Shown one piece after another: positions 46,569 to 56,990 of a stretch of 64,000 nt of DNA. The stretch is from Anaerolineae bacterium (GTDB lineage: Bacteria > Chloroflexota > Anaerolineae > B4-G1 > SLSP01), in NCBI GenBank assembly GCA_034437215.1, contig DAOTVC010000106.1:30369-94368 (forward strand), read 5' to 3'. The notes beneath the pieces were generated by a model, which ran no database searches, had not been told where the DNA came from, and worked only from the letters and a program-made list of their open reading frames with translations. Positions within the stretch are counted from its first letter, which is position 1, and the number at the start of each line of letters is the position of its first letter. Position numbers and translations under genes: made by a program.

Positions 46569-47078
46569 CTACTCGGGGTTGACGGGCACGTAGACGTCGA
46601 GCACCGACTCGGCGATCCGGTCCATGCCCTTGAAGCGGGCGTCGTACTGCTGGAAGGTGTAGGCGTGGGTCGGAACGTAACCCGAGTCCGGTAGCCACTC
46701 TCCGTAGATCACTTGAGGCCAGTCGGAGGTGATCTCCTCTCCGTGAAGGGTGAAGACGGCGTAGAGGCTGGGAGGAAGCGCCTTGATCAACAGCTCCACG
46801 GGCAGGTCGCCCACCCGCGGAACCTCCATGCCCACGAAGACCTGGAAGTTGCCCGTCTGCCGGGTCTCCTCGTCGTAGGTGTGTACCTCGTAGGCGACCT
46901 CGTCCACCAAGAGGGGCTCCAGGAGCTCCCGGCGCGCTTCGAGGTAGCGCATAAAGCGCTTCCACAGCCTCCCGATCTCGTTCTCCTCCATCCAGTCGCC
47001 GGCCAGGGAGAAGGGGTCCCCGAAGAAGCTGAAGCCGGCGAGCAGTAGGCGGTCCCGTTCCACGATTTTGGTTTCCAT
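46569..47078 (-). CDS. GyrI-like small-molecule-binding domain protein
   Basis: About 169 aa. Adjacent to the AraC/GyrI regulator. Fold-family call made from length and sequence pattern only. Confidence 0.5.
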   Translation of the reverse strand: METKIVERDRLLLAGFSFFGDPFSLAGDWMEENEIGRLWKRFMRYLEARRELLEPLLVDEVAYEVHTYDEETRQTGNFQVFVGMEVPRVGDLPVELLIKALPPSLYAVFTLHGEEITSDWPQVIYGEWLPDSGYVPTHAYTFQQYDARFKGMDRIAESVLDVYVPVNPE

Positions 47079-47117
47079 GCTCTGGTCCTCACAGGTGTAG
47101 GCGATCTATAGAGAGAA

Positions 47118-47146
47118 GCGGATAGCTTCCAGGAGAGACTATCCGC
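47118..47146 (-). terminator. Hairpin GCGGATAG, 13-nt loop, CTATCCGC, downstream of trmO
   Basis: Read directly. On the minus strand it is followed by a pyrimidine-rich ttctctcta tract. Confidence 0.25.
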
Positions 47147-47166
47147 AACGCTCCGCTTGTCAAATG

Positions 47167-47646
47167 CTAGTCGGCTTCGTAGATCTCGGGCTCCAGCCCC
47201 TGATCGGGCATCCACTCGGGCCACCCCTCGAGCCAGTCGGGGATCGAGACCTCCCGCACCCGGTCGCAGACGGGGAAGTAGGCCTTGAGGTCGACGACCG
47301 GTGTGCCTTCGACCGCGTCGATGTTGGCGACGTGGAGCCTTCCTGCCTCCTCATCCACGCCGAGCAGGGGACAGGTAGTGAGGGCGATGGGGTTGGGTCG
47401 GTACTCGGCGCGGGTGGCGAAGACGCCGGTCACCCGCTCCCCCGCGTAGGGCGGGCGGGTCTGGAGAATCTTGCGGTACTCCTCATCGTCGAGCCGGTCG
47501 GCCCACCAGAGGACGATGACGTGGCTGAAGTGCTGCAGCTGGGCGAGGGCCGGGCGGAAGGCCTCGTCGATCTCGATGTGGACCCCGTCGTCGTCCCGTA
47601 GGACGCGACCGATGGGGTTGAGGGTGTAGGACTGTTTCTCGTTCAT
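47167..47646 (-). CDS. trmO: tRNA (adenine37-N6)-methyltransferase TrmO/TsaA family
   Basis: Motifs PIGRV, SHVIVLWW, RPNPIALT, EGTPVVDLKAY, as expected for TsaA-like methyltransferases. Confidence 0.7.
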   Translation of the reverse strand: MNEKQSYTLNPIGRVLRDDDGVHIEIDEAFRPALAQLQHFSHVIVLWWADRLDDEEYRKILQTRPPYAGERVTGVFATRAEYRPNPIALTTCPLLGVDEEAGRLHVANIDAVEGTPVVDLKAYFPVCDRVREVSIPDWLEGWPEWMPDQGLEPEIYEAD

Positions 47647-47955
47647 TCTTTGCTCCCTTTCGGCTATGATTTATCCTGCACCTCCTATCATAATGCCTGC
47701 GTCCCTCTCTGTCTTGACGCAGGTTGCTCGAAGGGGCGGCGAAATCGGGCCTCCGCCGCCCCCACTTGACGCTCCTTGCGAATGGCTACTGTCGCAGCAC
47801 CAGGGGCAGGAGAACCTCGTAGCGGGCCAGGCCGCACCAGAAGCCGGCGCAGAGATCGTAGCTGCCGCTCGGCACTTTTCGTTCGAGAATGCTATGGTAA
47901 GGTCAACGTTCATAGCGCTAGGTTCATTCACCAAGTCTCTCGGCCCAGTAGGCGG

Positions 47956-48543
47956 TCAGGCGCCGGGCCTCCCCTCCAAGAAATGCCCACGCTCGAGGAC
48001 CCTGGGGGTGAAGAAGCCCCGTTCGAGGGCCGCGACGAGCGCCAGCAGGAGCCAGAAGAGGGTCGCCGTTGCCGTGGTCTCGAAGCTGAACTGGAGGTCG
48101 AGAAGGTGTCCCGTCAGGGCCACGGTGAGGGCGATCCAGGCAGGGAGCTCCTTTCCGCGTCGCAGCCCCAGGTTGAGTAGGGTGAAGAGCAGGGGGTAGG
48201 CGAAGAGGGTCAGCAGCCCCTGCTGTCGCTCGTGGGAGCCCCAGATGCTGGCGTGCGGGTTCACTGAGGTCAGAGAGGTCAGGAAGTAGACGAGGCTGAG
48301 GATTACGGCCGGGAGGAAGAGGGGGAGCCCCTGCCGTAGGTCGCGGTCCCGCACCCCCGTCATCAGGATCGCGACGCCGAGGAGAAGCACCAGCGCCCGG
48401 AGGAGGGCGACCTTGGGGAGCTCGAAGGCGCTCGCTCCCCGGGGGTTGAAGACCCAGGGGATCAGGAAGGCCGCCGCCAGCCAGAGAGTCTCGGCAGCGG
48501 TGATGGCTCTCGTTGCTGAACCGGTGTTGGGTTTCGTGTGCAT
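47956..48543 (-). CDS. Hypothetical polytopic membrane protein
   Basis: About 196 aa from the MHTKPNTG Met, with 5-6 hydrophobic helices. The longer track ORF has an implausible N-terminus. Confidence 0.4.
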   Translation of the reverse strand: MHTKPNTGSATRAITAAETLWLAAAFLIPWVFNPRGASAFELPKVALLRALVLLLGVAILMTGVRDRDLRQGLPLFLPAVILSLVYFLTSLTSVNPHASIWGSHERQQGLLTLFAYPLLFTLLNLGLRRGKELPAWIALTVALTGHLLDLQFSFETTATATLFWLLLALVAALERGFFTPRVLERGHFLEGRPGA

Positions 48544-49117
48544 GCGACACTCCTGGAAAGAATGGTCGACTGCGAATGGAAGCAGGGAGAAGCAGCTGCC
48601 CTCATAGCCACACAGAATGGAGGGCAAAGGTAGGGATGGCTCTCGCCTGACGAACTGCCCCCTGCTGCTCGTCACGTGACCGGGCTTGCAGCCCGCTGCG
48701 GTACTTCACTCCTATTGCTCCATCTCCTGTGATCGTGCTATAATTAAACAGTTAGGAATATTCTGTCGCAGTAAGCCCATGGTTAAATAACGGTTAGTAT
48801 GCCGTGGAGAAGTCCGGCAAATTTGCGTGTTGTACCTCGGTGCGTGATTCTAGAAATCCAGCTGACCTATCGGCTACCTCGTGTGGATCTGGATTCCTCA
48901 AGCTGTGTTGCTCACCGACCCCTTTGAGCATGCGGAAACGACAGATGAGCTGTGAGGAGCGGTTGGCTTATGGGCTACAGAGCTGCTCCGTGACAGTTGT
49001 GGATATGTTTGGGCTCCCAGGAGGTGGCATATAAGCTGACCTGTTCCCTAACGAACACCTGGAGAACATTGTGTATTCCATTAGACCCATGATCGCACTA
49101 CGCATAGGAGGATTCGT

Positions 49118-52100
49118 ATGCTGAATTATCTACAAGTTGGTCTCTTCTCTCCACCAAGGGGCGATAGAAGGTTGGGCAACCTCATCCTTTCTCTGCTGTT
49201 GCTCACCGTCTTGGTGACGGGGAGGGGCCCGGTTCCGATGAGGGCGGGCACGGTTTACTCGACACCCTCCGGCCCTCAGGGGCGATCCGCGACCCCCTTT
49301 CCGGGAAGTCCCGCCGAGACCGTGACCGCCCACAGCACGCTCATGCTACCCGCCGTCCCCGGCACGCCCGGCATCTCCGGGGCCGCCGACTGGCTTCTGG
49401 CCCAGCAGGATGCATCCGGGGGCTATCCCTGGACCCCGGGGGGCTCGGTGACGACGAACACCCAGGGACCCTCGGCGCGCGGGGCGCTCTGGGCTTACCA
49501 ACACACGACTGATCCCAGCTACCTGACCTCTGCCCTCGCCACGGGCGACTATCTGGTACCCGTCTATCCCCGCACCTACGGAGATGGAGATCCGCGTTTC
49601 GCCGCTCACGACCCTCTCTTCCTAGAAGAACTCAGCGAGGTCAGCGGTGATACTGACTATGCCGCCTTCGTGCAGACCTACTTCTGGGACCTGTTGAGCG
49701 CCGGCACCTACGGGGCTGCGAATGACATGGACGCGGCTGAGTTCGGAGCCTATATCGTCGATGCTCGGGATGGTCAGGGGTACGTTGCCCTCTCCCCCTG
49801 GGATCTCTCTGCGACGGCGATTGCCGCTCACCTGGCGGGGGAGACGACGATTCGGGACGCCCTCATGGGGGCCATCCTGGAGGGCCTCAACCGGACCGGC
49901 GCGGGGGATACCTTCGACGTCCTTGGTCTGGCGGGCGCGGTATGGGCCGCGGCCGCGACCGGGACCGAGCTCGATCCCACCAGCGGCGCCTACGCCGCCG
50001 ACGATTCCACCGCCGACCTGGCGGCCCGGCTCGCCGGCTGGCAGCAGCCGGTGGGGAGCGACATCGACGGCGCCTGGCTCTGGAACGCCACGGTCGATCC
50101 CACCGATAGTACGAACGCCGACCTGCAGTCGACCGCCTTCGCGGTTCTGGCGCTGCACGCCCAGGATCCGGTGCTCTACGCTGACAACATCGCCCGCGGT
50201 GCGGGCTTCTTGCGCGCCCTGCAGCAGAGCTCGGGTCAATTCCTCGGTTATCCTGGGGGTGACCCGAATGATAATGGTGGTGTGGAAGTTCACGCCGAGG
50301 CGTTGACTGCTCTCGTCACCGTCGCTCCCGACGTCGTCTACGTCGACGACGATTGGGCCACCGGGCTGGACTGGAGCGGGGATCCGGACGGAACGGGGCC
50401 GGCGACGGCCTTCGGCTACGACGCCTTCGCCACCGTGAGCAACGGCATCGACGGCGTGGCCCCTGCGGGCACGGTCCACGTGGCGGCGGGTATCTATTCT
50501 GAAGCCGTGACAGTGGATAAGGCGTTGACCCTCCTCGGGGCCCAAGCCGGGATCGAGCCCGTTGCGGGTGGTCGACCGGGAGGGGAGAGCACGATTATGA
50601 GCGACTACGCCTTGACCCTCCGGGCCGATAACGTGGAGGTCAATGGCTTCGAGGTCGCGGACTTTAGGTACGGCATCAACGTGCAGGGACCTGCGGATGC
50701 AACTCGAGAGAGTGTAGTGGTGAGCCACAACTACCTGCATTCCACCACCGCCTGGGTCGGCATTCTCGTTGGAGAGGACAATGGCGGCGGTGTCGATGCA
50801 CCGGGCACCGGCTACTTCAGGGACGTCTTGCTGACGCGCAACCGTGTCAGCGTCAGTGCGAGTGCGGGCAGCGATCCCTACGCGTTGTCGGCTGTGGGGT
50901 TCACGAGCGGCTTCACGGACTCCGTGACCTTCGAGAATGTGGAGCTCTCCCACAACGACCTTCAGAATCTCGATGACTCCTACGGCGTCTTCTGTGGCGC
51001 TGATCCGGCTAAGTTCGAGTTCCTCAACCCTCTGATAACCGGCAACCACATCCACGACTGCAGCACCGGCATGAACCTCTACAATCTGATCAATGCCGAG
51101 GTATCGAATAACCTTTTCGAAGATTGCAGCTACCAGGGCGCTCAGATCAACGTCCGTGGGGGGAGCGTGATAAGCAACACCTTCCGCAACATCGGACCCT
51201 CACCCTACTGGCCCTACAACGGCAGCTACTATCCGTCCTATGGACTGGCCCTGTGGGGGACGCAGTACGGGCCTGTGGGCTCGCACGACGTGCAGGTCGT
51301 GAGCAACAACTTCTACTACAACGACTTCTCGCCTCAGTTGGAGAATGGCGCGCGCGTGCTCTCCGGCTCGGATGCCGGCACCATCGAGTTTCACTATAAC
51401 AATTTCCACGACGGCGGTGCGGCTGCAGGGGCCTTCGCTGTGGTCAACTACGCGACCGGTGTCGTGGACACCGAGAACAACTGGTGGGGCTGCAACGAAG
51501 GTCCCAGTAACAGTGCAGAGTGTGGGACCTACACCGGCACCGTGGATGCCGATCCCTGGCTCGTGCTGGATCTCACGGCCAATCCCCTCTCTCTCCCTCC
51601 TGGTGGCACGTCTGACCTGACCGCTTCTCTCCGGGAGAATTCCGCCGGACAGGATACCTCTGCCGGCGGCTACGTGCCCGATGACATCACGACCACCTTC
51701 GCGGCGGCTGTAGGCAGCGTGAGCCCGGTGATCACCGGCACGCTGCAGGGCTTAGCCCTCTCGACCTACACGGCTCCAGCGACGCCGGGTGCTGAGATCA
51801 TCTCCACCACCGTCCACAATGAGACTGTAACCCTGACCTTGAGCATCGCTGCGCCGACGGTCAAGGTCTACCTGCCCCTGATCCTGAACAACTACGCCAC
51901 GGCCCCCGACCTGCTGGTCGAAGCCGTGCAGACCGGCGGCGAGCTCGCTGTGGTGATCGCCAACCGGGGTACCGCGCCCGTACAGGAAGCCTTCTGGGTC
52001 GATCTCTACGTCAATCCCGATTCGCCACCCACCGGCGTCAACCAGGTCTGGCAGTCCCTGAGCGACCACGGAATCGCCTGGGGGGTGACGCAGGCACTGG

Positions 52101-52372
52101 ACGTCGACGAGGTACTCACTTTGACGGTGGGCGGACCCTACTACAGCGCCGCCTACTCGGACTTCGTGGGCCTGACCACCGGCGACACGGTCTACGCCCA
52201 GGTCGATTCGGCCTACGAGGGTCGCGTCTACGGTGGTGTGCAGGAGCTGCACGAGATTCTGGGCCAACCCTACAACAACGTCTTCGGTCCTGTGATTCTC
52301 TCTGCTCAGGTGGAGAGGACGCCCGGGCCACAGAGCCAGGGCCTCAGATGGGCAGTACTACCCCCTCGCTGA
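49118..52372 (+). CDS. Large secreted protein: N-terminal prenyltransferase/squalene-cyclase-like alpha-alpha toroid repeats, then right-handed parallel beta-helix repeats
   Basis: Signal-like N-terminus. Repeats of the Q..(D/S)GG(Y/W) type (LLAQQDASGGYPW, ALQQSSGQFLGYPGG). Beta-helix-like repeats (NHIHDCSTGMNLYN, NNLFEDCSYQGAQINVRGGSVISNTF). Preceded by a 440 bp AT-rich non-coding gap. Confidence 0.5.
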   Translation: MLNYLQVGLFSPPRGDRRLGNLILSLLLLTVLVTGRGPVPMRAGTVYSTPSGPQGRSATPFPGSPAETVTAHSTLMLPAVPGTPGISGAADWLLAQQDASGGYPWTPGGSVTTNTQGPSARGALWAYQHTTDPSYLTSALATGDYLVPVYPRTYGDGDPRFAAHDPLFLEELSEVSGDTDYAAFVQTYFWDLLSAGTYGAANDMDAAEFGAYIVDARDGQGYVALSPWDLSATAIAAHLAGETTIRDALMGAILEGLNRTGAGDTFDVLGLAGAVWAAAATGTELDPTSGAYAADDSTADLAARLAGWQQPVGSDIDGAWLWNATVDPTDSTNADLQSTAFAVLALHAQDPVLYADNIARGAGFLRALQQSSGQFLGYPGGDPNDNGGVEVHAEALTALVTVAPDVVYVDDDWATGLDWSGDPDGTGPATAFGYDAFATVSNGIDGVAPAGTVHVAAGIYSEAVTVDKALTLLGAQAGIEPVAGGRPGGESTIMSDYALTLRADNVEVNGFEVADFRYGINVQGPADATRESVVVSHNYLHSTTAWVGILVGEDNGGGVDAPGTGYFRDVLLTRNRVSVSASAGSDPYALSAVGFTSGFTDSVTFENVELSHNDLQNLDDSYGVFCGADPAKFEFLNPLITGNHIHDCSTGMNLYNLINAEVSNNLFEDCSYQGAQINVRGGSVISNTFRNIGPSPYWPYNGSYYPSYGLALWGTQYGPVGSHDVQVVSNNFYYNDFSPQLENGARVLSGSDAGTIEFHYNNFHDGGAAAGAFAVVNYATGVVDTENNWWGCNEGPSNSAECGTYTGTVDADPWLVLDLTANPLSLPPGGTSDLTASLRENSAGQDTSAGGYVPDDITTTFAAAVGSVSPVITGTLQGLALSTYTAPATPGAEIISTTVHNETVTLTLSIAAPTVKVYLPLILNNYATAPDLLVEAVQTGGELAVVIANRGTAPVQEAFWVDLYVNPDSPPTGVNQVWQSLSDHGIAWGVTQALDVDEVLTLTVGGPYYSAAYSDFVGLTTGDTVYAQVDSAYEGRVYGGVQELHEILGQPYNNVFGPVILSAQVERTPGPQSQGLRWAVLPPR

Positions 52373-52404
52373 GCGAGGATAGAGGAATGAAAAGGAGGCA
52401 TGGA

Positions 52405-52869
52405 ATGCAAGAGCGCAAGCTGAAGTTCGGAATTGGGTTGGGGGTTCTGGTGGGGTTGATGCTGCTGGCGAGCTATTCGCTCGTGGTAGCGGCGCCTACG
52501 CTGCCGCCGCGCCCCGACCCCACCGCCACAGCCATCGTTGTGCCTGGCGGTGGTGATGCGGAACCGGGGTCCATCGTCCTACAGGTCGCGGTGCCGGCTG
52601 ACGAAAGCCGCCCGCCCGCGGATCTCTGGAGTGAGGTGGAGTGGGTGGACGCCCAGGGAGACTGGCACGTCGTCGAGGGCTGGCGCGCGCCCCTGGAGAG
52701 GGGTTACCGGCGGTCGTGGGGCGTCCTGCCCCGGGACTTCGGGAAGGGCCCCTTTCGCTGGGCTCTCTACGAGGGATCTGAAGGCGAGCTCTTGGACGTG
52801 AGCGCGCCCTTCCATCTCCCCGGGTCACGGAGCGAGAGCGTCGGTTCGGTGATCGCGCTCCTTCCCTGA
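52405..52869 (+). CDS. Small secreted hypothetical protein
   Basis: AGGAGG RBS before MQERKLKF. Signal or TM segment GIGLGVLVGLMLLASYSLVVAAP. Confidence 0.45.
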   Translation: MQERKLKFGIGLGVLVGLMLLASYSLVVAAPTLPPRPDPTATAIVVPGGGDAEPGSIVLQVAVPADESRPPADLWSEVEWVDAQGDWHVVEGWRAPLERGYRRSWGVLPRDFGKGPFRWALYEGSEGELLDVSAPFHLPGSRSESVGSVIALLP

Positions 52870-53010
52870 ATAACGAGAATCCTTACTCCTCACGAGGACG
52901 GTGCGCAGGCGCCGTCCTCGTTTCGCGTCCTCAGGTGAGAGCCTTCCACGGTAACAGAGCTGACTTCGCAGGTGGGCAGGTAAGGCAGGCGGAGTATAAT
53001 GGTGATACCA

Positions 53011-53290
53011 ATATCGCTTGGGTGTGTTTCAAAAGTTGGCTCTACTGAAATAACTCTATTTCACCACGGAGGACACAGAGAACACTGAGAAAATCATGGA
53101 GATTCTTATGAAAGTTAAACCTAAAGTGCATTTCGTAGAGTTTAACATCAAAAAATCTCCGTGGTCTCCGTGGTAAGAGATCTTTTTTCAGCGGAGTCAA
53201 AGTTATGAGCTATCATGGCTGAAACGTCAGGCGTGAAACGGAGGGCTTCACGCTTTACGCTTCACGTTTCACGCTGCGGTTCACTTCTCA
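53011..53290. repeat. Decayed copy of the GTGAAACG-core element seen at 59820: left end intact, about 170 bp AT-rich internal insertion, right terminal repeat deleted
   Basis: Read directly. Left end ttgggtgtgtttcaa. Core gctgaaacgtcaggcgtgaaacg...cacgtttcacgc is collinear with 59866..59925. The junction ggtt|cac lacks the 30-nt right-end segment present at 59.9 kb. Confidence 0.45.
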
Positions 53291-53314
53291 CTGTTACTTT
53301 TTAGGAGGCCTTGC

Positions 53315-54466
53315 ATGGACTACGACTTCGACCGCGTCGTTCCCCGGCGACAGACCGAGAGCATCAAGTGGAACTGGTGCGAGGAGGACGAGCTGCCCAT
53401 GTGGGTGGCGGACATGGACTTCCGCTCCCCCAAAGCGGTGATCGAGGCGCTCCACGCCCGCGTCGAGCACGGGGTCTTCGGTTACGGGCAGTGCAGCGAC
53501 GACCTGCGCCGGGCCATCGTCGAGCGCCTTGAACGCCTCTACGCCTGGTCGGTAGCGCCCGAGGCCCTCGTCTTCCTGCCCGGCGTCGTCCCTGGCTTCA
53601 ACATGGCGGCCCAGGCCTTCTGCCAACCCGGCGACGGCCTGCTGGTGCAGACGCCCGTCTATCCGCCCATGCTGCACGCGGCGGAGAACGCCGACCTCAT
53701 CTCCCGCGAGATGGAGCTGACCCGGAGGGCGGACGGGGAGTACAAGATCGATCTCGACCGCTTCGCGACGCTCGCTCGGGAGAGCCGTATCTTCCTGCTC
53801 TGCAACCCCCATAACCCGGTGGGGCGGGTCTTCCGCCGCACGGAGCTGGAGCGCATGGCGGAGGTCTGCCTGCGCCACGACGTCGTTATCTGCTCCGACG
53901 AGATCCACTGCGATCTGATCTTCAGCGGCTACGAGCACCTGCCCATCGCCGCCCTGGCTCCCGAGATCGAGGCGCGGACCGTCACCCTCATGGCGCCCAG
54001 TAAGACCTTCAACATCGCCGGTCTCTCCTGCGCCTTCGCCGTCGTTCCCGACGCCGAACTGCGCGCCCGCTTCAAGGAGGGCCGGCTGGGGCTGGTGGGC
54101 CATCCCAACGTCCTCGGTTACACGGCGGCCCTAGCCGCCTACCAGGAGGGCGGACCCTGGCTGGAGGCGCTGCTGACCTACCTGGAGGCCAACCGTGACT
54201 TCACCCACGAGTACGTCGAGGCGGAGCTGCCGGGTATCGACATGGCCTCTCCCGAGGGGACCTACCTGGCGTGGCTGGACTGCCGGAACGCGGAGATTCC
54301 CGGCAATCCCTACGACTTCTTCCGCGAGGAGGCCCGCGTCATGCTCAACGACGGGGCCGCCTTTGGCCCCGGGGGGCAGGGCTTTGTGCGCCTGAACTTC
54401 GGCACACCCCGCGCTCTCCTGGAGGAGGGGCTGGGCCGGATGCGCCAGGCGCTCCTGGAATTGTAG
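53315..54466 (+). CDS. PLP-dependent aminotransferase class I/II, MalY/PatB-type C-S lyase
   Basis: N-terminal MDYDFDRVVPRRQTESIKWN typical of the PatB/MalY family. PLP-Lys region SKTFNIAGL. RBS TAGGAGG. Confidence 0.8.
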   Translation: MDYDFDRVVPRRQTESIKWNWCEEDELPMWVADMDFRSPKAVIEALHARVEHGVFGYGQCSDDLRRAIVERLERLYAWSVAPEALVFLPGVVPGFNMAAQAFCQPGDGLLVQTPVYPPMLHAAENADLISREMELTRRADGEYKIDLDRFATLARESRIFLLCNPHNPVGRVFRRTELERMAEVCLRHDVVICSDEIHCDLIFSGYEHLPIAALAPEIEARTVTLMAPSKTFNIAGLSCAFAVVPDAELRARFKEGRLGLVGHPNVLGYTAALAAYQEGGPWLEALLTYLEANRDFTHEYVEAELPGIDMASPEGTYLAWLDCRNAEIPGNPYDFFREEARVMLNDGAAFGPGGQGFVRLNFGTPRALLEEGLGRMRQALLEL

Positions 54467-54498
54467 GAACCGTTCTCACGATGGCTCTTTTTGGTATA

Positions 54499-54577
54499 CC
54501 GTATTGCGTATTCCGTATTGCGTACTGTGTGTCTGGTGAACAGCGCGACTACGCGACTATCTGACTGCCCGACTATC
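54499..54577. promoter_or_regulatory. Tandem repeat 2x CCGTATTGCGTAYT, followed by four CGACTA(T/C)C-like direct repeats
   Basis: Read directly: ccgtattgcgtattccgtattgcgtact ... gcgactacgcgactatctgactgcccgactatc. Lies immediately upstream of the M20 peptidase RBS. Confidence 0.35.
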
Positions 54578-54592
54578 TTTTGGAGGTGACCA

Positions 54593-55972
54593 ATGAAGGC
54601 AATTGAGTACACTCGATCGAGAAAATCGCGTTTTCTAGCCGAATTGAAGGACTTCCTGCGCATTCCCAGCGTCAGCACCCAGGTGCAGCACCGGGAGGAC
54701 GTGGTGCGAGCGGCGGAGTGGCTGCGGGACCGACTCCTCGAGGCGGGCTTCCCGCGCGCCGAGGTCATGTCCACCCAGGGCCATCCCGTCGTCTACGCCG
54801 AGTGGCTGGAGGCGGGCGAGGAGGCGCCCACGGTGCTCCTCTACGGGCACTATGACGTCCAGCCCCCTGATCCTGTCGACCTCTGGCGGACGCCGCCCTT
54901 CGAGCCGACGGAGGTGGGGGACGACCTCTATGCGCGCGGCGTCTCCGACGACAAGGGGCAGCTCTACGCTCACGTCAAGGCCGTCGAGGCCTTCAAGGAG
55001 ACGGCGGGGCACCCGCCCGTCAACCTGAAGTGCATCTTCGAGGGGGAGGAGGAGATCGGCAGCCCCAGCCTCAACCCCTTCATCGAGACCCACCAGGAGC
55101 TCCTCGCCGCCGACGTGGCCCTCATCTCCGACTCCCACATCCTGGGCAAGGAGCTCCCCTCCATCATCTACGCCCTGCGGGGGTTGGCCTATCTCGAGGT
55201 CGAGGTGACCGGTCCGGCCCACGACCTGCACTCAGGCATCTTCGGCGGGGCGGTGCTCAATCCCATCAATGCTCTCTGCAAGATGATCGCCGGCCTCCAC
55301 GACGATGCGGGCCGGATCACCGTCCCCGGCTTCTACGACAACGTCCGCGCCCTGACGCCCGAGGAGCGCGAGGCCCTCTCTGAGATCCCCTTCGAGCGGG
55401 AGGGGTGGCTGCGGGAGGCGTCCGTGACCCGGGAGTGGGGCGAGCAGGGGTACACCATCATCGAGCGGACGAGCGCCCGCCCGACCCTGGACGTCAATGG
55501 CATCTGGGGGGGCTACACGGAGCCGGGAGCCAAGACGGTGCTGCCCAGCAAGGCTCACGCCAAGATCTCCATGCGGCTGGTGCCCGATCAGAGACCCGAG
55601 CGGATCAGCGAGGTCGTCACCCGTCACCTCGAGAGCATCGCCCCGGCGGGCGTCAGCGTGGAGGTGCAGGATCTCCACGGCGGTGAGGGGGCCATCGTCG
55701 ATCGCGACAGCCCCGCCATGCGGGCCGCCGTCGAGGCCTACACCGCGACCTTCGGGCGGCAGCCCGTCTTCACCCGCGAGGGGGGCTCCATCCCCGTCGT
55801 CGCGGCCTTCCAACGCACCCTTGGAATCGAGACTATCCTCATGGGCTTCGGCCTGCCCGACGACAACCTCCACGCTCCCAACGAGAAGTTTCACCTCCCG
55901 ATGTTCTACCGGGCCATCGAGACGGCGATTCATTTCTACGAGAAGCTGGCCGAGAGGGAGGTGGTCTCATGA
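54593..55972 (+). CDS. M20 family dipeptidase
   Basis: M20 metal-binding motifs [17 protein letters not shown] and the EGEEEIGS region. About 459 aa, the dipeptidase subfamily length. Confidence 0.8.
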   Translation: MKAIEYTRSRKSRFLAELKDFLRIPSVSTQVQHREDVVRAAEWLRDRLLEAGFPRAEVMSTQGHPVVYAEWLEAGEEAPTVLLYGHYDVQPPDPVDLWRTPPFEPTEVGDDLYARGVSDDKGQLYAHVKAVEAFKETAGHPPVNLKCIFEGEEEIGSPSLNPFIETHQELLAADVALISDSHILGKELPSIIYALRGLAYLEVEVTGPAHDLHSGIFGGAVLNPINALCKMIAGLHDDAGRITVPGFYDNVRALTPEEREALSEIPFEREGWLREASVTREWGEQGYTIIERTSARPTLDVNGIWGGYTEPGAKTVLPSKAHAKISMRLVPDQRPERISEVVTRHLESIAPAGVSVEVQDLHGGEGAIVDRDSPAMRAAVEAYTATFGRQPVFTREGGSIPVVAAFQRTLGIETILMGFGLPDDNLHAPNEKFHLPMFYRAIETAIHFYEKLAEREVVS

Positions 55973-56949
55973 AGGTCCTGGTGACCGGTGGGGCAGGCTA
56001 TATCGGCAGTGTCGTGACAGAAGAGCTGATCGAGGCGGGGGACGAGGTCGTCGTGCTGGACAACCTCTCCCAGGGCCATCGCGCCGCCGTTCATCCCGAC
56101 GCGATCTTCGCCTACGGCGATCTGGCGGATCAGCGCTTCGTCAACCGCGTCTTCGACGAGCATCAACCCGAGGCGGTGATGCACTTTGCCTCGCACACCC
56201 TGGTGGGAGAGTCGATGGTGGAGCCCTTCAAGTACCTGGGGGACAATGTCACTCACGCCTTGAACCTCCTGCGGAGCGTGATCTACCACGACGTCCGGCG
56301 CTTCATCCTCTCCTCCACCGCCAACCTCTTCGACGAGCCCGAGGAGATCCCCATCACCGAGGACGAGCGCATCGTGCCGGGCAGCCCCTACGGGGAGTCC
56401 AAGCAGATCCTCGAGCGCTACCTCCACTGGCTGGACCGCATCTACGACCTCCGCTACGCGGCGCTGCGCTACTTCAACGCCGCGGGCGCGACGCCGACGC
56501 GGGGGGAGGACCACGATCCCGAGACCCACCTCATCCCCTTGGTGCTGCAGGTGCCGCTGGGACAGCGGGAGAAGATCCAGATCTACGGTGACGACTATCC
56601 GACGCGCGACGGGACCTGCGTCCGGGACTACGTCCACGTCCTCGACCTGGCTCAGGCCCACATCTTGGCCCTCCGCGCGCTGGACGAGGGGAGCCGTACC
56701 TACAACCTCGGAAACGGCGAGGGCTTCACCGTCAAGGAGGTCGTCGAGACGGCGCGGGAGGTGACCGGACACCCCATCCCCGCCGAGGTGACCGCCCGGC
56801 GCCCCGGTGATCCGCCCGTGCTCATCGCCGGCAGCGAGCGCATTCGGGAGGAGCTGGGCTGGGAGCCCCGCTATCCAGAGCTGCGAGAGATCATCGCGAG
56901 CGCCTGGGAGTGGCACCAGGCCCATCCCCAGGGCTACGGGGGAAGATGA
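55969..56949 (+). CDS. galE: UDP-glucose 4-epimerase
   Basis: [12 protein letters not shown] Rossmann motif. YGESK catalytic motif. GalE-like throughout. Confidence 0.85.
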   Translation: MKVLVTGGAGYIGSVVTEELIEAGDEVVVLDNLSQGHRAAVHPDAIFAYGDLADQRFVNRVFDEHQPEAVMHFASHTLVGESMVEPFKYLGDNVTHALNLLRSVIYHDVRRFILSSTANLFDEPEEIPITEDERIVPGSPYGESKQILERYLHWLDRIYDLRYAALRYFNAAGATPTRGEDHDPETHLIPLVLQVPLGQREKIQIYGDDYPTRDGTCVRDYVHVLDLAQAHILALRALDEGSRTYNLGNGEGFTVKEVVETAREVTGHPIPAEVTARRPGDPPVLIAGSERIREELGWEPRYPELREIIASAWEWHQAHPQGYGGR

Positions 56950-56956
56950 GCATCAC

Positions 56957-56990
56957 GGCCCTGCTCGCGGAGCGGGGCCGTTTCTTGTTG
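56957..56990 (+). terminator. Rho-independent terminator: GGCCCTGCTC, gcg loop, GAGCGGGGCC, then GTTTCTTGTTGG
   Basis: Read directly, 8 nt after the galE stop. A 10-bp stem with one G-U pair, followed by a T-rich tract. Confidence 0.5.

Noticed and set aside
48804-49034. 76-aa + ORF in the AT-rich tract upstream of the large secreted protein
   Set aside because: No RBS. Its codon and GC3 profile is unlike the genes of this genome. It lies in a region better explained as regulatory or non-coding.
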